From: the human T2T-CHM13v2.0 reference genome, Homo sapiens
DNA length: 64,000 nucleotides
Direction: 5' to 3' (one strand)
Assembly: GCF_009914755.1 (NCBI RefSeq)
Contig: NC_060934.1
Positions 59,169-64,000 of the stretch are shown piece by piece (position 1 is the first letter of the stretch; each line of letters starts with the position of its first letter). A program made the translations under genes and the position numbers. Below the pieces are notes generated by a model. It did no database searches and was not told where the DNA came from. It saw nothing but the letters and a program-made list of their open reading frames with translations.

Positions 59169-59499
59169 GGCTGGGCATGGTGGCTCATGCCTGTAATTCC
59201 AGCACTTTGGGAGGCCGAGGTGGGCAGATCACCTGAGGTTGGGAGTTTGATACCAGCCTGACCAACATGGAGAAACCCTGTCTCTATTAAAAATACAAAA
59301 TTAGCTGGGCATGGTGGCACATGCCTGTAGTCCCAGCTACTGGGGAGGCTGAGGCAGGAGAATCGCTTGAACCGGGAGGCAGAGGTTGCAGCAGGCTGAG
59401 ATCATGCTATTGCACTCCAGTCTGAGCAACAAGAGCAAAACGCCGTCTCAATAAATAAATAAATAAATACATAAATAAATAAATAAATAAATAAATAAA
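59169..59499 (+). mobile_element. AluSp-like with (AAAT)n tail
   Basis: 'ggttgggagtttg...ctgaccaacatggag'; tail microsatellite at 59451-59499. Confidence 0.95.
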
Positions 59500-59560
59500 G
59501 GGAGACTACTGGCCTGGCACTAAAATGTTCAGGACGTTTTAAGTATTGAAATAATGCTAA

Positions 59561-59890
<330 letters not shown>

Positions 59891-59909
59891 CTAAAATGAA
59901 GAAAAATAG

Positions 59910-60170
59910 TAGTAATAATAATTCCCAGCCCCTTCTGAGTGTTTACTAGGTGTCAAGAGCTTTAAAATCTTTCAACAGCCCTGAGAAGCAGACTCTACTA
60001 GCATCCCCCTCATTTTATAGAGGAAAACACTGAGGCTTAGAGTTTAAGTTACCTAAGATTTAAGGCTTTGAGACATTAAAATAGTAAATTACTCAAGACT
60101 ACCTGTTGATGGGTGATGGAATCACAATTTAATATAGGCATTTTGACTCCAGTGACAGCAGGGTTCATCA
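59910..60170 (-). mobile_element. MIR
   Basis: 'ctcattttatagaggaaaacactgaggcttagag'. Confidence 0.7.
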
Positions 60171-60631
60171 CTCCACTAGGCTAGTTCTCTAGGCTTTATA
60201 CCCAGAAGACCAGCGGAAACATACTTAAGAATAGTACAAAGAGCATGTGGAGATTCACACATCTGTGTGTGAGCATGTGTGTAAGTGTGTAAGAAACTAT
60301 CCTCAGAGTGTGTGGCTGAGACTATGCAACAGTGACCCATCTTTGCTTCCCTATTGTGCTTGCAGATCTACGACAAATTCATCTGGATTTTCAGCAGATT
60401 TGGTGGTCTTTGGAGGAATTTCTCTGAGCTTAGCCTAGCTTTCTGTCCCAAACACAACATTTTCAGTTCTGCATGTTAGGTTTCATGTGACATGTTTGTG
60501 CTACTAAAATAAACTCCCTCTTAAATATGAATCCAAATTTCTTGCCAATATATTTTAGTATAATATGGAATTAATGACATTTCTAATTTGCTCATCAGTA
60601 TACTTTAGAATGATGTGGAATCAGTAATAGA

Positions 60632-60775
60632 TAATATATCATATATATGTGCATATATATATATATCTAAACATTAATCTATTTATCTGTCTATACATAT
60701 ACTGTGTATATATATACACGCACACACACACATATATATATATATATATACACACACACATATATATGTACATAA
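60632..60775. repeat. (TA)n/(CA)n compound microsatellite
   Basis: Direct read. Confidence 0.9.
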
Positions 60776-61283
60776 AGTGTTATTTGGGAGGACAGTATAC
60801 AAAAATGCTATTGAAAGCCATCTGCGCTGTGAAAGCCAATGTGTGTGTGTAGCTATGTGTGTAGTCATCTTCTAAGATATAAGGTGTTTTAAGACTATAT
60901 GTTATGAAAAAGACTTTTTTCTCAAAAATGATCTTAATTTGGAAAACAGGATGGTAAAAGTAACTTTAACATATTATTAGACATGAAAATTTAATTAAGA
61001 CATTAGTTCTCTACCTAATGTTTTGTGTGTATGTATATCTATCTTAGCATATTTATGGCATAAGTTACAGCTAAGGACAAAGGATGAAAAATGCTAAATT
61101 ACCCTCTCTTTGTTCCTCATTTGCCAAGCAAATGAATGAAAATGTATATCTCTGTCATTTGGCTTAAGAATCCCCCCTAAGAATTTAACCAAATAAATGA
61201 TTTTAAAACTGTGTAGAAATACAAATATATGAATATTCAGAAGAGCATTGTGTTGATAACATTAAAAAACTAAAAACATCATT

Positions 61284-61725
61284 TTGATGGTTGATTTTAT
61301 GTGTCAACCTGACTGAGCTAAGGTATGTTCAGAGAGCTGGCAAAACATTACTTCTGGGTGTATCTGTGATGGCTTTTCTGGCAGAGATTAACATTTGAAT
61401 TGATAGACTGAGTGAAGAAGGTTGTCTTCAACAATGCTGGTAGGCATCATCCAATCACTTGAAGGCCTAAATAGGACAAAAAGTGGATAAGGGGTTAATT
61501 TGGTCTTTGCTTGAGCTGGGACACCATTTCCTTTTTCACTCAGACATCAATGACCCTGGTTCTCAGTTCTTTGAACAAAGACCAGAACTTACTCCAGTAT
61601 CCCTGCCAATTCTCAGGCCTTTAGACTTGGAATGAATTATACCATCAGCTTTCCTGGTGTTTCAGCTTACAGAGTGGGAGCTCTCAGCCTCTGCAATTGC
61701 ATGAACCAATTCCTATTATATATAT
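61284..61725 (+). mobile_element. MLT2B-like ERVL LTR
   Basis: 'tgatggttgattttatgtgtcaacctgactg...catcatccaatc...ttgaaggcctaaatagga'. Confidence 0.85.
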
Positions 61726-61739
61726 GTAGATGAACAGAT

Positions 61740-62152
61740 AGCATTTTAGGCTGTTCTTGCATTGCAATAAGGAAATATCTGAGACTAGATAATTTATAAG
61801 GAAAAGAGGTTTAATTGGCTCATGTGTCTGCAGGCTGTACAGGAAGCATGGCTCTGCCATCTGCTCAGCCTCTGGTGAGGCCTCAGGAAGCTTATAATCA
61901 TGGCAGAAGGAAAAGGGGGAGCAAGCATTTCACATCGTGAGAGAGGGAGCAAAAGAAGCAAGAGAATCAGGGGGAGGTGCCACACAGTTTTAAACAAGCA
62001 GATCTCACAAGCACTCACTCACTATTGTGAAGACAGCACCCAGCCATGAGGGATCTATCCTCATGACCCAAACATCTCTCATCAGGCCCCACATCCAACA
62101 CTGGGGATTGTGTCCCAACAGGAGAATTGGAGGAGACATCCAAAATGTATCA
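61740..62152 (-). mobile_element. MSTB-like MaLR solo LTR
   Basis: 'ctgttcttgcattgc...gaaaagaggtttaattggctca...gcaggctgtacaggaagcatgg...catccaaaatgtatca'. Confidence 0.87.
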
Positions 62153-62315
62153 GAGAGATGGATAGATCTAAGATTGGCTAAGAATCAATACATTGATTTA
62201 ATTTAATACAACCTAGCTTTCAACATATCATGACAGAATGAATTTAAGAATATAGAAACATGAATAATGCAGAAGCATGTCAATGTTAAACTCTTAAGTT
62301 TAAAAAATAAGTTAA

Positions 62316-62598
<283 letters not shown>

Positions 62599-64000
62599 TT
62601 ACAACATGAACTTGTTTTTGAACAGAGTATATAAAAACTGATAGGAAAAATGTGTGGAAGCGCATATAGAAACATGTTTAGATACTTCTTTTTAGAGAGT
62701 TTATAAATGATTTCATTTTTTCTTCATAGTGATATTAATGTTCATATTTTTAATCAATTCATAGAAAAATGGCTTTATACTTTCATGAGGGTTGGCTGTG
62801 CCCTTATGTAAACTTTAGTTGTCTTCTGATTTGCATGTTGCTTGAATAAGTTACTATACGATTGTCAAAAAATATATAAAATACTTAGGATTTCATGATT
62901 CTTATATTTTAAAACTGAATGAAAATTAGAGAAATTAATATGTCTTTTAGAATAAAATATGTGGTTTGCTGCAGAATTCCTGTACTTCCTAATTGTCCTT
63001 CCATGACTGGAATACAAACCCACCCATGGGCTTACCACAGTTGGAGAGATATAAATGGATTGTTCTCTTGAAGGGAGCTTCAGACCAACCTTCCTCCTCA
63101 TTCTAGTCTTCAAGCCTCTCTCCTGCCTCTGAACAAAGCCTTTCGGGCTCGTGATGTGCTGTCCCAATTGCAGAAATAGTTCCACTATCAACCTGCTACA
63201 TCATAAAATTCAGCCTGATCACATGGAGAAAATGTGACCTTCTGAGTAATTTGTCACTCTGAATAAAGTATCTCCTTATTAGAGAAGAGACTGTCTGTCC
63301 TCAGGGCACTTTGGAACAGTCAATTGCTAACTCTATTTAGACGTTTTTCCTCATTGCAAGGTGAATAAAGGTAGAAACCTTGCTGTGAGTCATGATCCAG
63401 CTCATGCCATCTGGTTAATCTAAGACTCTAAATAAGATGTCACCATCATTTGCCTAGAGAATGTCATTGGCCCAGAGAATATCTCATTCTGTAGAGTCTG
63501 AGATATTACATTACGGCTACCTTTGTTTTTTACCCTAAACATTCTCTCTAGCCTTCTCTCTCATAATGCTTCTACATTTAATCTGAGAGAGCAATGTTTA
63601 CACTAAAAGAGGGTCTCATGCACTATAGGAGGTAATGGTGGCATGTATATTGAAGGGGGCATATTCTCAGGCCAGCCTCCTGCCATGATGGTAAAGATGG
63701 GACATGAAGAGAGGGTATGGCCATTGCCCAAGACTCCAGCTGAACAGACTCGGCTGCACTAGGGCTGGCTGCCAACTAGGTCCTCTGTACAGTTCCAGGT
63801 GTCCATGCAGGGAAAAAGTCCAGCCCCACATTTGGGCCTTAAGCAAAAGACTATAGCGTCAAAAGGCCATGATCCAGGCCAGTTGTTCACTCTGGAAATT
63901 CTGAGGTATGGCAGCAGAGAAGAATCCAGTCCCAGCAGTTTGGACAAGTGTAAGCAGACACACATTTGACATCATAAAAATTTACAGGCTAGGTAGTTAG

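Overview
AT-rich primate genomic DNA, most likely human or great ape given AluY, L1PA2/3-like and THE1A copies. It is dominated by interspersed repeats and looks intergenic or deep-intronic. I found no credible protein-coding gene, RNA gene, CpG island or CRISPR array, and the ORFs I could assign are repeat-derived (Alu, L1, MaLR, microsatellites). Main architecture: (1) a complete THE1A provirus with a perfect 5-bp target-site duplication (TSD) at 21.4-24.0 kb; (2) a ~16-kb same-strand L1 nest at 30.0-45.9 kb, where an old L1M hosts a full-length L1PA7-like copy that in turn hosts a young L1PA2/3-like copy and an Alu; (3) many solo LTRs, MIRs and DNA-transposon relics. The most notable oddities are records of individual insertion or repair events: a 173-bp non-repeat dispersed duplication, an apparent L1 3' transduction, a 27-bp 5'UTR fragment fused to ORF2 at an L1 5' junction, and a twin-primed L1 with a fold-back junction. 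I do not see evidence for a new multi-gene biological system. Subfamily names come from recalled consensus sequences and need Dfam/RepeatMasker confirmation.
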